Part shown: in pieces, positions 9,812-18,278 of the stretch | Layout: the number at the start of each line of letters is the position of its first letter | Position numbering within the stretch: the first letter of the stretch is position 1 | Assembly (NCBI GenBank): GCA_964574975.1 | Contig: CAZNSL010000002.1 | Coordinates: 1-29,976 of the forward strand | Direction: 5' to 3' | DNA: 29,976 nt | Source: an uncultured Alcaligenaceae bacterium | GTDB lineage: Bacteria; Planctomycetota; Planctomycetia; Gemmatales; Gemmataceae | Program-made: the position numbers and the translations under genes | The notes under the pieces: model-generated | Seen by the model: the letters and a program-made list of their open reading frames with translations, nothing else | Told to the model about the DNA's origin: nothing | The model's database searches: none

Positions 9812-9827
9812 GGCAAAGGCAATGCCA
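9812..9827 (-). promoter_or_regulatory. Candidate sigma54 (-24/-12) promoter for the Rieske/cytb operon
   Basis: The minus strand reads TGGCATTGCCTTTGCC, with GG and GC spaced exactly as in the TGGCACG-N4-TTGCW consensus. It lies 87 bp upstream of the Rieske ATG in a 224-bp intergenic region. Confidence 0.5.
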
Positions 9828-9948
9828 ATGTGGCGCGTTTCGCCATTCCATGCACGGGTCACAGTGGAAGGACACGACTACGAAAATCCTTGCATGCAAC
9901 GAATACGACAACGCTTCCCGTCAACGGCAACAGGACTGACGGAGATTG

Positions 9949-10956
9949 TCATTTCCGGGAATCGTCGACCAGTCGCGCCGCGACGTTTGCCGATGTTACA
10001 GGGCGGATCGTGCCACGCTCGGTGATGATCCCGGCGAGCAATTCTGCCGGCGTCACGTCGAACGCCGGGTTGTACACGGCCACGCCGTCCGGCACAGTTT
10101 GGCGACCGAAACCGTGCGTCACTTCGCGCGGGTCGCGTTCTTCGATCGGGATGGCGGCACCACTCACGAGCGAGAGGTCGAACGTACTCGACGGTGCAGC
10201 AATGTAAACTGGGATGCCGTGAGCCTTGGCCAGCAGCGCCACGCCGTACGTCCCGACCTTGTTGGCCGCGTCGCCGTTGGCGGCGATTCGATCCGCGCCG
10301 ACGACGCACACCTGCACGGCCCCGGAGCGCATGAGCGTCGCTGCCATGTTGTCGCACAGAACCGTTACTTCAAGTCCGCCTGCCTGCAATTCCCACGCCG
10401 TGAGCCGAGCGCCCTGGAGCAGAGGCCGCGTCTCGTCCGCATACACGCGAAAGCGCTTCCCGTCGGCATGGGCCGCATAGAGTACGGCCAACGCGGTACC
10501 GGCTCCGGCCGTGGCGAGGCTGCCGGCGTTGCAATGCGTCAGGACGCCGCCACCATCCGGCACGATCTCGGCCCCGTACCGACCGATGGCGTCGCACATC
10601 GCCCGGTCTTCCGCGTCGATGGCCACGGCTTCGGCAAGCATTCGCTCGGTGTCGCCGCCGATAGGGGCCATGCGGTTGAGCGCCCAGAACAAATTGACCG
10701 CCGTCGGGCGGCTGGTGCGAAGGTGTGCGATTGCGCCCGCGGCATCACCAGCCTGCGCGCCGAGAACGACGCCGTATGCCGCCGCAACACCGATGGCCGG
10801 CGCGCCGCGGACGCGCAGCATCTTGATCGCTTCCCAAACGTCATCGACGGTACGGCAATCGCGGAACGCGACCTCGCCCGGCAATCGCGTCTGGTCGAGC
10901 AGCCGCAGAAAGCCGTCGGAGCCGCCGACCCATTCGAGCGTCTTCGGAACGGCCAT
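9949..10956 (-). CDS. mtnA: S-methyl-5-thioribose-1-phosphate isomerase
   Basis: RGAPAIG, LTHCNAGSLAT, ETRP, GADRIAANGDAANKVGTY, NPAFDVTP. The ATG at 10956 overlaps the hisN stop (TGATG). Confidence 0.95.
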   Translation of the reverse strand: MAVPKTLEWVGGSDGFLRLLDQTRLPGEVAFRDCRTVDDVWEAIKMLRVRGAPAIGVAAAYGVVLGAQAGDAAGAIAHLRTSRPTAVNLFWALNRMAPIGGDTERMLAEAVAIDAEDRAMCDAIGRYGAEIVPDGGGVLTHCNAGSLATAGAGTALAVLYAAHADGKRFRVYADETRPLLQGARLTAWELQAGGLEVTVLCDNMAATLMRSGAVQVCVVGADRIAANGDAANKVGTYGVALLAKAHGIPVYIAAPSSTFDLSLVSGAAIPIEERDPREVTHGFGRQTVPDGVAVYNPAFDVTPAELLAGIITERGTIRPVTSANVAARLVDDSRK

Positions 10957-11750
10957 CAGTACTTCTCTTGCAGGATCGCTAGGCACTCGTCGTGCAAGAG
11001 TCCGTTGGAGGTCAGTACATCGGGCTTATGGATGGTCGGGACACCGGACCAGTCGGTGAACCGCCCGCCGGCCTCCTCGACGATGACCTTGATCGCGGCG
11101 ATGTCCCACGGATGGACGCCGTGTTCTGCCATGAGTTCGCCCGAACCCTGGGCGACCAGCAGGTGGCCGTAATAGTCGCCGAAACCGCGCTGCCGTTGGG
11201 TGCGCTTGGCGAGTTCGATGAAGCAATCCTGCTTGCCGGCTGCGATGAACCAGTCGATGTTCGAGTAAAACATCATTGCGTCGTCGAGTTTGTCCACGGT
11301 CGAGACGCGGATACGCTTGTCGCCGCGGTATGCCCCGTCTCCGCGCAGGGCGCGAAACAGGTGGCCGACGACCGGCTCGTAGGCAATGCCAGCGATTGGC
11401 TCACCCTTGTATTCCAGCCCGATCAGAGTCGCCCACAGCGGGATGCCGCGGACGAAGTTGCGCGTCCCGTCGACTGGATCGACGATCCAGCGGTAGCCGG
11501 AATCCCCGTCGGTCATACCGAACTCTTCGCCGTAGAACCCATCGCCGGGGAACGCATCGAGCAGCAACTTGCGAAGGCACGTCTCGGCATCGCGGTCGGC
11601 GACCGTGACTGGGCTATTGTCGCTTTTCCAGACGACCTGCGATGCGAAGTCGGCCGAGTCGATATCGGGGAAGTAGTTCAGGGCGATGCGTCCCGCCTCT
11701 TGGGCCGCGCGGGCCATGAAGTCGTAGCGGGAGGTCCAGTCCGGGTTCAT
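10956..11750 (-). CDS. hisN: Histidinol-phosphatase, inositol monophosphatase family
   Basis: KSDNSPVTVAD, GEEFG, WIVDPVDGTRNF and WDIAA motifs. The HisN-like subfamily is judged from overall pattern; other IMPase-family substrates are possible. Confidence 0.8.
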   Translation of the reverse strand: MNPDWTSRYDFMARAAQEAGRIALNYFPDIDSADFASQVVWKSDNSPVTVADRDAETCLRKLLLDAFPGDGFYGEEFGMTDGDSGYRWIVDPVDGTRNFVRGIPLWATLIGLEYKGEPIAGIAYEPVVGHLFRALRGDGAYRGDKRIRVSTVDKLDDAMMFYSNIDWFIAAGKQDCFIELAKRTQRQRGFGDYYGHLLVAQGSGELMAEHGVHPWDIAAIKVIVEEAGGRFTDWSGVPTIHKPDVLTSNGLLHDECLAILQEKY

Positions 11751-11795
11751 AGAGTATCCACCGGGCGGGCGAATCAGGTTGGGGTGATTGTAGCG

Positions 11796-12869
11796 ATGCG
11801 GTTCGCGATTCTAGGGGACCACCCCGACGGTAGGGCCGTGGCCGCTGCATTGCCGGCCGCCGGTCATGAGCTGCGGGCTTACCAGGGATCGCTACCGGAC
11901 GACTGGCCGGGCGTCAAAACGACCGCCGACCTGGAGGAGATTCTGGCCGATCCCGCCATCGAGGCCGTCATCGTTGCCGGTGGCCCCGGCGAGCGACTTA
12001 ACCAGCTTCGGCGAGTATTGCAGTCGGAACGCTCGGCACTTGTTGTCCATCCCGTGGATGACAAGCCGGACGGCGGGCACGAAATCGCCATGCTTCTGGG
12101 CGACGTGCATCAGGTCGCGATCCCGATCCTGCCTGGGTCGGTGAGCGAGGCCGTTGCGACATTCGCAAAAACCAGCGAAAATGCAGCGTGGGTCTCGTTG
12201 GAGGTGGAGTCACCTGACGAACAGGTCTGGGAGACAGGTGGCCGGCCGAGCTTGCCCGGTTGGACCGAGTTGCGCCGGGCCGGTGGCGATATCGTCGAGT
12301 TGGCCGCATTCGCGCTGGCTGAGGAGATATTACCCGGCGACGTGGTTATGGTGCACGGACGGTTCGCCGACGGGCGACTGTTTCGCGCGCTGTACGCACC
12401 GCGGCGCTCGAATCGAACATCCATTTTGAGCGCGCCCGGTGCCCCGCAAACCGCAATCGACGAGACTGCCAAGCCCTGGAAGTTGCTCGTGCGCCGCTTT
12501 GAGGAGGCCGTTACGCGTCTTCGGGCCACACCGCGGGCCGCGCCCGGGGCCGGCTCGCCAGTCGATCTCCGCGATGGCCTGAGCTGGCTCGATGAGATAC
12601 GAGCGCTGGAACTCGATGATGCGGTTCGCCAGAGCGTCAAGCGGCGCCGGGCCGTCGCGCTCGATTTTCAAGAAGCGAACGAGGAAGTTGGTTTCAAAGG
12701 GACGATGACCCTCGTCGGCTGCGCCCTCGTTTGGCTACTACCGGTCATGCTGCTCGTCGCCGCGTGGTTGCCAGGGCTGTTCTGGATTCTCGTTGCGTCG
12801 GTGTTCGGCTTTCTGGTCCTGCAAGTATTCCGCTGGATCGTGCCGGCGGGCCACCGGCAAGCGAAATGA
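11796..12869 (+). CDS. Hypothetical protein with a degenerate Gfo/Idh/MocA-like N-terminal domain and two C-terminal TM helices (357 aa)
   Basis: Start at the ATG at 11796 (MRFAILGDHPDG). LEEILADPAIEAVIVA resembles the Gfo/Idh/MocA fold. The C-terminus is hydrophobic (VGCALVWLLPVMLLVAAWLPGLFWILVASVFGFLVL). The upstream part of the 625-aa track ORF is antisense to hisN. Confidence 0.65.
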   Translation: MRFAILGDHPDGRAVAAALPAAGHELRAYQGSLPDDWPGVKTTADLEEILADPAIEAVIVAGGPGERLNQLRRVLQSERSALVVHPVDDKPDGGHEIAMLLGDVHQVAIPILPGSVSEAVATFAKTSENAAWVSLEVESPDEQVWETGGRPSLPGWTELRRAGGDIVELAAFALAEEILPGDVVMVHGRFADGRLFRALYAPRRSNRTSILSAPGAPQTAIDETAKPWKLLVRRFEEAVTRLRATPRAAPGAGSPVDLRDGLSWLDEIRALELDDAVRQSVKRRRAVALDFQEANEEVGFKGTMTLVGCALVWLLPVMLLVAAWLPGLFWILVASVFGFLVLQVFRWIVPAGHRQAK

Positions 12870-12879
12870 TCGCCCGACA

Positions 12880-13833
12880 TCACGCAGTGGCTTGATCCCG
12901 TGCGAAGGCCGCCGCGCCGACTATGCCGCTGTCGTCCTCAAGAGCTGCTGCGACCAGTCGTACGCCGTTTGCCGCACCCGGCAGCGCATAGCGCGACGCA
13001 ATCTCCCACACCCGCTCACGGAAGCTCTCGCCGAGCGCCCCGGCGACTCCTCCGCCCAGGACGATGACTTCGGGACTGATGAGGTTAATGACGCTGCCGA
13101 TGGCCGCACCCAGCGCCCGCGCCGCGTCGTCGACCAGATCGACCGCGATCGGGTCATCTTTCTCGTACAGCGACGCCAATTGGGAGCTCTTGACCTTGGC
13201 GACATCGAGACCCTTCCATTGTTTCCTTGCCGCCTTGGGACTATCGTCCAGGCGCTCGGCAGCCCGCTTCATCATCGACCGCCGGCCGGCCACATCTTCC
13301 AGTGATGTCCCCTTGCGCCAGTTCAAGACAATGTGGCCGATTTCGCCGCCATTGTAGTTGAAGCCGTAATGCGGCTTGCCGTCGAGAATCAACGCGCCTC
13401 CGACGCCGGTGCCGGCAAATATGCCGAGTACGTGATTGGCTCCCTTTGCGGCTCCGTGCTTCCACTCGCCGTAGGTGCCGGCCCGGACATCGTTCTCGAC
13501 GTGGACCGCCCAGGTCCAATCGGATGGCGTCAATGCCGTGAGATCGACGTTGTGCCATTCGAGGTTCGGCGCGAACTTGACGCGACGGTGGACCGGGTCG
13601 ATCTGGCCGGGGATGCCGAAGCCCATTGCCCGAATACGACTGCGCTCGGCCTTCGCTTCGGTCAGAACGCTCTCGACGCAGCGGTCGATGGCCGCAAACA
13701 CGGCGGACGGCCCTTGCGTTGGCGCGGGCGTCGCCTCCTTTGCGCGTGCTAAAAGCTTGAACGAGTCGTCGAATAGACCGGCGAGTATCTTGGTGCCGCC
13801 GAGGTCTACCCCAATCCAGAGGTCGTCAGCCAT
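12880..13833 (-). CDS. ROK-family sugar kinase (probable glucokinase)
   Basis: GVDLGGTK, GIPG, ENDVRA, GTGVGG, GEIGH, IVLGGGV, GIVGAA. Start moved to the ATG at 13833. Confidence 0.88.
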   Translation of the reverse strand: MADDLWIGVDLGGTKILAGLFDDSFKLLARAKEATPAPTQGPSAVFAAIDRCVESVLTEAKAERSRIRAMGFGIPGQIDPVHRRVKFAPNLEWHNVDLTALTPSDWTWAVHVENDVRAGTYGEWKHGAAKGANHVLGIFAGTGVGGALILDGKPHYGFNYNGGEIGHIVLNWRKGTSLEDVAGRRSMMKRAAERLDDSPKAARKQWKGLDVAKVKSSQLASLYEKDDPIAVDLVDDAARALGAAIGSVINLISPEVIVLGGGVAGALGESFRERVWEIASRYALPGAANGVRLVAAALEDDSGIVGAAAFARDQATA

Positions 13834-13872
13834 AAGCCAATCCGAAGTAGGTGGGCGATAGGACAACGATAC

Positions 13873-15408
13873 TTATTTGCCCGGCAACTGGACGGGGCAT
13901 TGGTCGTCCACGTCAGGCTCGTGCCAGTGACGGCCGTCGCGCGCCAGCATCATCGTCGATGCCTCCGGACCCCAGGTACCGGCCGCGTAATTCGGGAAGT
14001 GTTCCGGCGGGTTTGCCTCCCAACTCTCCAGGATCGGCATGACTAGCGACCAAGCCTCCTCGACCTGGTCGGATCGCATGAACAGCGTCTGTTCGCCGAG
14101 CATCACGTCTAAGAGCAGCGTCTCGTACGCTTCCGGCTGCGTCTCGCGGAACGCCTCGTTGTACATGAACTCCATCTCGACTGGCTTGAGCCGTAGCTTC
14201 TGTCCCGGTGTCTTGGCCTGGAAGCGCAGGTTGATCCCTTCCTCCGGCTGGATGCGAATGATGAGGGAGTTCGGCAGCATGTCGCGGGCGGCCGCAGTCG
14301 GGAACGACAGGTGCGGCACCGGCCGGAACTGGATCATGATCTCCGACACCTTGGCCGGCATACGCTTGCCGGTGCGAACGTAGAATGGCACGTCCTGCCA
14401 GCGCCAGTTGTCGATGAAGAACTTGACGGCCGCGAACGTCTCGGTCGTCGACTCCGGGCTGACTCCCGGCTCGGCGTTGTAGGCCTGGACGCGCTGGCCG
14501 CAGTGCCAACCGTTACCGTACTGTCCGCGTACTGCAACGCGATCGATCTCGTCGGCGTCGAACGGCCGCACCGCCCGCAGCACATCCACCATCTTGTTGC
14601 GAATCTCGTCGGCCTTGAACGAGACGATCGGCTCCATCGCCACCAGGCACATGAGCTGCATGATGTGGTTCTGAATCATGTCGCGCAGCGCACCCGAGTT
14701 CTCGTAGTAGCCTCCGCGATGTTCGACGCCAACGGTCTCAGCGACGGTGATCTGCACGTGGTCGGCATAGCGACGGTTCCAGATCGGCTCGAACAGCGAG
14801 TTGGCGAAGCGGAACGCCAGGATGTTCTGAACGGTCTCCTTACCGAGGTAGTGGTCGATGCGATAGAGTTGTTTCTCGGTGAATCCCTTCGCCAGGGTAG
14901 CGTTGAGTTGCCGGGCGGTGTCGAGGTCGCGCCCGAACGGCTTCTCGACGACGATGCGGGTGCGCTCGCGGTCATTGGCGAAGCCAGCCGCTTCGATCTG
15001 CCCGGTGACGACCCCGATGAATCGTGGGGCAATGGCGAGATAAAAGATGTGCTGGGACGCGCTGATGCCCCATTCTTTCTCCAGTGCGGCAAACTTCTCC
15101 CCAAGCTTGACGTAAGTGTCCGGACTGCTGAAATCGGCGGTTAGATAGGTCACGTGCCGGGCGAGTTCGGCCCACTTGTCCGCGTCGAACTTCGTGCGCC
15201 CGGACTGCTCGATGCCTTTGCGCAGCGACTCGCGGTACTCGTCGTCGGTCATCGGCTTGTGGTCCACACCGATGACGTGAAATCCCGCTTCGAGCCAGCC
15301 GTCTTGGCTGAGATGGTAGATGGCAGGGATGAGTTTGCGCCAGGTGAGGTCGCCACCGGCCCCGAAGATGACGAGGATGGTCGGTTCCGGTTTCGCGCTC
15401 TTCGCCAT
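13873..15408 (-). CDS. zwf: Glucose-6-phosphate 1-dehydrogenase
   Basis: GAGGDL, RIVVEKPFG, RIDHYLGKE, GALRDMIQNH, WQDVPFYVRTGKR, AYETLL. Confidence 0.97.
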   Translation of the reverse strand: MAKSAKPEPTILVIFGAGGDLTWRKLIPAIYHLSQDGWLEAGFHVIGVDHKPMTDDEYRESLRKGIEQSGRTKFDADKWAELARHVTYLTADFSSPDTYVKLGEKFAALEKEWGISASQHIFYLAIAPRFIGVVTGQIEAAGFANDRERTRIVVEKPFGRDLDTARQLNATLAKGFTEKQLYRIDHYLGKETVQNILAFRFANSLFEPIWNRRYADHVQITVAETVGVEHRGGYYENSGALRDMIQNHIMQLMCLVAMEPIVSFKADEIRNKMVDVLRAVRPFDADEIDRVAVRGQYGNGWHCGQRVQAYNAEPGVSPESTTETFAAVKFFIDNWRWQDVPFYVRTGKRMPAKVSEIMIQFRPVPHLSFPTAAARDMLPNSLIIRIQPEEGINLRFQAKTPGQKLRLKPVEMEFMYNEAFRETQPEAYETLLLDVMLGEQTLFMRSDQVEEAWSLVMPILESWEANPPEHFPNYAAGTWGPEASTMMLARDGRHWHEPDVDDQCPVQLPGK

Positions 15409-15479
15409 CGTCGATCCTCGTCGGGGAAGGGGTCACCGGAAGCATACGCGCCCGCCGCGTGCAACGCCACCCCTGGCGG

Positions 15480-18230
15480 CTAACGGTTCGATTGCAGGTA
15501 CGCGAACAAATCGCGCAACTCAGCGTTCGAGAAGGCGTCGAGCAGCTTTTCCGGCATGAGCGAATGGCGGGACGGTTCCAGCGATTCGAGCTTCGCCCGC
15601 GGCACCGTGGCCCGCTCTCCCTTCGAGTCGACGATCGTAACGACCTGTGGCGACTGCTCGGCAAGTAACCCCTGTAGCAAACGCCCATCGCGGGTCAGGG
15701 CATCGTAGGAGACGAACTCGGGCCGGACGATGGCGCTCGGATCGACGATCTGCGTCAGCAACCAGTCGCGGTTGCGGCGGTCGATCGTCGTCAGATCGGG
15801 ACCGACTTTGCCTCCGTCTCCGTGCAGCGTGTGGCAGTTGGCGCAGTGCTGCTTGAACAGTGCTATGCCGCGGGTCACGTCGCCAGTCCCTTCCCGGAGC
15901 CGGGCCGACAGGTGGCGAACGTGAGCCAGTTTCTCGCCGCTCGACTCCGGCGCGACGCGGCCCCAATGTTTGGCGATCAGCGTGTCGAGCGCATCGTGTC
16001 GATAGCCTGCGACGCGCCGAAGCACGTCCAGTGGCACGTCCTTGGCGGCGAGGCGGCCGGCGTCCACCGCGGCGAGTAACGTCTCTGCCGATTCCGGGCG
16101 AGAGGCGAGGACCGAGACCGCTTTGGCCCGCAACGACGAAGGGAGTTTTGGCACAAGGCTCGCGACGGTCTCGGCCGCGGCGCGATCGGGGACGCCGCCA
16201 ACGACCGACAGGGCCGCGGAGCGCACGGCGTCGGTCGCGCCGCCGCGGAGGACGTCGAGTGCGACCGGCAGAGCATCGGACGGGTTGATTTCGCCGAGTA
16301 ATTCGAGCAAGGCCGCCTGATCTGGCGAACGTACATCGGCGGCTGCCGTGCGAAGCTGTCGAAATGCTGCCCCGTCGCCGAGTCGCACTGCGATGCGAAG
16401 GGCCAGCATCGACGGGAGTTCGTCCTGAAGCGTGCCGAATGGCTTCGCAAGGGGCGGCGGAACATGGCTCAAGCGGCGGCCGTCGAGCGCCCGTTCCATG
16501 CCTCGGGCAAGCAGTTCGCGCTCGGCACGACCGGGGGCCAGTTCGAGTAGCCGCGCCGTCGTGGCAAAATCGTCCTCGGCGACGTAACGCCGGCCGAGAC
16601 GTTCCAAGAGCATTGTGCGGGAGATGGGCGAACGCCACATGTCGGGTTGTGCGATTAGTTCAGCGACGAGGTCTTTGCCGCGAACGGCGTGAGCCTCGAC
16701 GGCCCACCACGTCAGGAGCGGGATCATCGGGTCGCGCTCGTCGTCGGCGTGCGCGAGCAAGCCGCGGACGATTGCCAAGCCATCGAGTGCAGGCAGCCGT
16801 CGTGCGGTGCAGGCGAGTTGGTTCCGCACTATCGCGCTCGGTTCGGAACGCGCCAGTTCGGCGAGGTGCGCCGCTTGTCGCGGCGTCACATTCACCCCGT
16901 CGCCGAGCAGGCGAACAGCCCACGCTCGGACGAATTCGTCGGTGTGCGTCAGGCCGACATCGGGCGAATCGCCGTCGCGAACGCGCCGCCAGAACTCTAC
17001 GAGTGCGGTGGCGTATCGCGGTGTGACGGGGCCATGCGGTGCCTTGGGTGCGATGCGGTATATTCGGCCGGTCGTCTTGTCCCAGTTGTCCACCGGGTCG
17101 ACGTGGTTGGCCCGCTCGTCGTACCAGTCGGCAACGTACACAGCGCCATCCGAACCGACCGTCAGGTCCACGGGGCGGAAGTGCCGGTCGTCGGTGGTCA
17201 GAAGTTCGCCAGCCTGCCGCGACGAAAACGACGAACCGTGCGGCGTCAGGTCGTACCAGTAGACCGCGTTGGACAGGAGGTTGCAGGTGAGGTATCGCCC
17301 CTCAAAGTGCTTCGGAAACGTGCCGCCGCGGTAGACGATGCCGCCACAGGAGACGTGACCGCCCTTGAAGTTGGGGCAGGGGATGTGATCGAAGAAACCA
17401 TAAGTGTGCGGGTTGTGCAACGCCCCGTGCTTGCCCCAGTTTTTGACGTAGTAACCGCCCTGAACTACGTGCATGCACGCGACGCCGCCGAAATTCGTCC
17501 CGGCAATGAGACGGGCGTTACGGTCGAAGTCGAGGCCCCAGATGTTGCCGCCACCCTCGGCAAACAACTCGAAACGGTCGGTCGGCGGGTGGTAGCGCCA
17601 GACGCCCTGTTGAAACTCGATGCCGCGGACGTTGGCAGTGACCGTACTGCCCTGCGCGCCGTAGAGCCAGCCGTCCGGCCCCCACTGGAGTGAGTTCGCG
17701 TAGGCATGGGAGTCCTCCGTGCCGAACCCACTGAGTACGACTTTCGGGTCGCCATCCGGTACGTCGTCGCCGTCGCGGTCTTCGTAGAACAACAAATAGG
17801 GTGGTTGGGCGACGTACACGCCACCGCCACCGACACAGAACCCCGTCGCTAGATTCAACCCGGTCACGAAGTCCTTGGATTTCCGAAACCGGCCGGTATC
17901 GTCGCGGTCGTAGAGGATGGTAAGCTTGTCGGCACCCTTCGGCCCCTTCGGGGGCGGTTCTGGTACCCGGTCGTACTTGGTTCGCAGGAATTGATCGACG
18001 GCGACTGGCGTCAGTCCAGCCGGGTTCGGGTATTGGAGGTATTGCAATACCCACAGTCGCCCGCGGTCGTCGAACGAGATTGAAACCGGCTGCCGGACGA
18101 GCGGCTCCGCGGCGGCGATCCGCACCTCGAAGCCATCGGGGACGCGGAAATGCTTGAGCGCCTTGACCGGCGGAAGGCCGGCTGCGCGAGCGACGCCCGT
18201 CGCCATTAGCACCAATAACGCGATGCGCAT
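15480..18230 (-). CDS. PVC-type haem-binding putative membrane-bound dehydrogenase (beta-propeller + HEAT-like region + C-terminal CxxCH domain)
   Basis: Signal peptide, then the FRVPDGFEV...AAEP...FDDRGRLWV and WGPDGWLY propeller repeats, and FRPVD. The C-terminus has CANCH (15831-15845), VGPDL, DPSAIV and SLMPE, typical of the Pirellula/Verrucomicrobium haem-binding family. Confidence 0.88.
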   Translation of the reverse strand: MRIALLVLMATGVARAAGLPPVKALKHFRVPDGFEVRIAAAEPLVRQPVSISFDDRGRLWVLQYLQYPNPAGLTPVAVDQFLRTKYDRVPEPPPKGPKGADKLTILYDRDDTGRFRKSKDFVTGLNLATGFCVGGGGVYVAQPPYLLFYEDRDGDDVPDGDPKVVLSGFGTEDSHAYANSLQWGPDGWLYGAQGSTVTANVRGIEFQQGVWRYHPPTDRFELFAEGGGNIWGLDFDRNARLIAGTNFGGVACMHVVQGGYYVKNWGKHGALHNPHTYGFFDHIPCPNFKGGHVSCGGIVYRGGTFPKHFEGRYLTCNLLSNAVYWYDLTPHGSSFSSRQAGELLTTDDRHFRPVDLTVGSDGAVYVADWYDERANHVDPVDNWDKTTGRIYRIAPKAPHGPVTPRYATALVEFWRRVRDGDSPDVGLTHTDEFVRAWAVRLLGDGVNVTPRQAAHLAELARSEPSAIVRNQLACTARRLPALDGLAIVRGLLAHADDERDPMIPLLTWWAVEAHAVRGKDLVAELIAQPDMWRSPISRTMLLERLGRRYVAEDDFATTARLLELAPGRAERELLARGMERALDGRRLSHVPPPLAKPFGTLQDELPSMLALRIAVRLGDGAAFRQLRTAAADVRSPDQAALLELLGEINPSDALPVALDVLRGGATDAVRSAALSVVGGVPDRAAAETVASLVPKLPSSLRAKAVSVLASRPESAETLLAAVDAGRLAAKDVPLDVLRRVAGYRHDALDTLIAKHWGRVAPESSGEKLAHVRHLSARLREGTGDVTRGIALFKQHCANCHTLHGDGGKVGPDLTTIDRRNRDWLLTQIVDPSAIVRPEFVSYDALTRDGRLLQGLLAEQSPQVVTIVDSKGERATVPRAKLESLEPSRHSLMPEKLLDAFSNAELRDLFAYLQSNR

Positions 18231-18278
18231 CGTGCCCCTCACTCGCCGCGCATTGGTCGTTCGACGCTATCACTCGGA

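Noticed and set aside
9053-10207. 384-aa plus-strand ORF spanning the Rieske gene, the intergenic region and mtnA
   Set aside because: It is antisense to two real genes and has no recognisable domain.
10992-11795. N-terminal 268 aa of the 625-aa plus-strand track ORF
   Set aside because: It is antisense to the well-supported hisN. Protein-like sequence begins only at the ATG at 11796.
15520-17693. Arg-rich alternative-frame ORFs (372, 220 and 334 aa)
   Set aside because: They are off-frame or antisense to the PVC haem protein, with composition typical of non-coding GC-rich frames.
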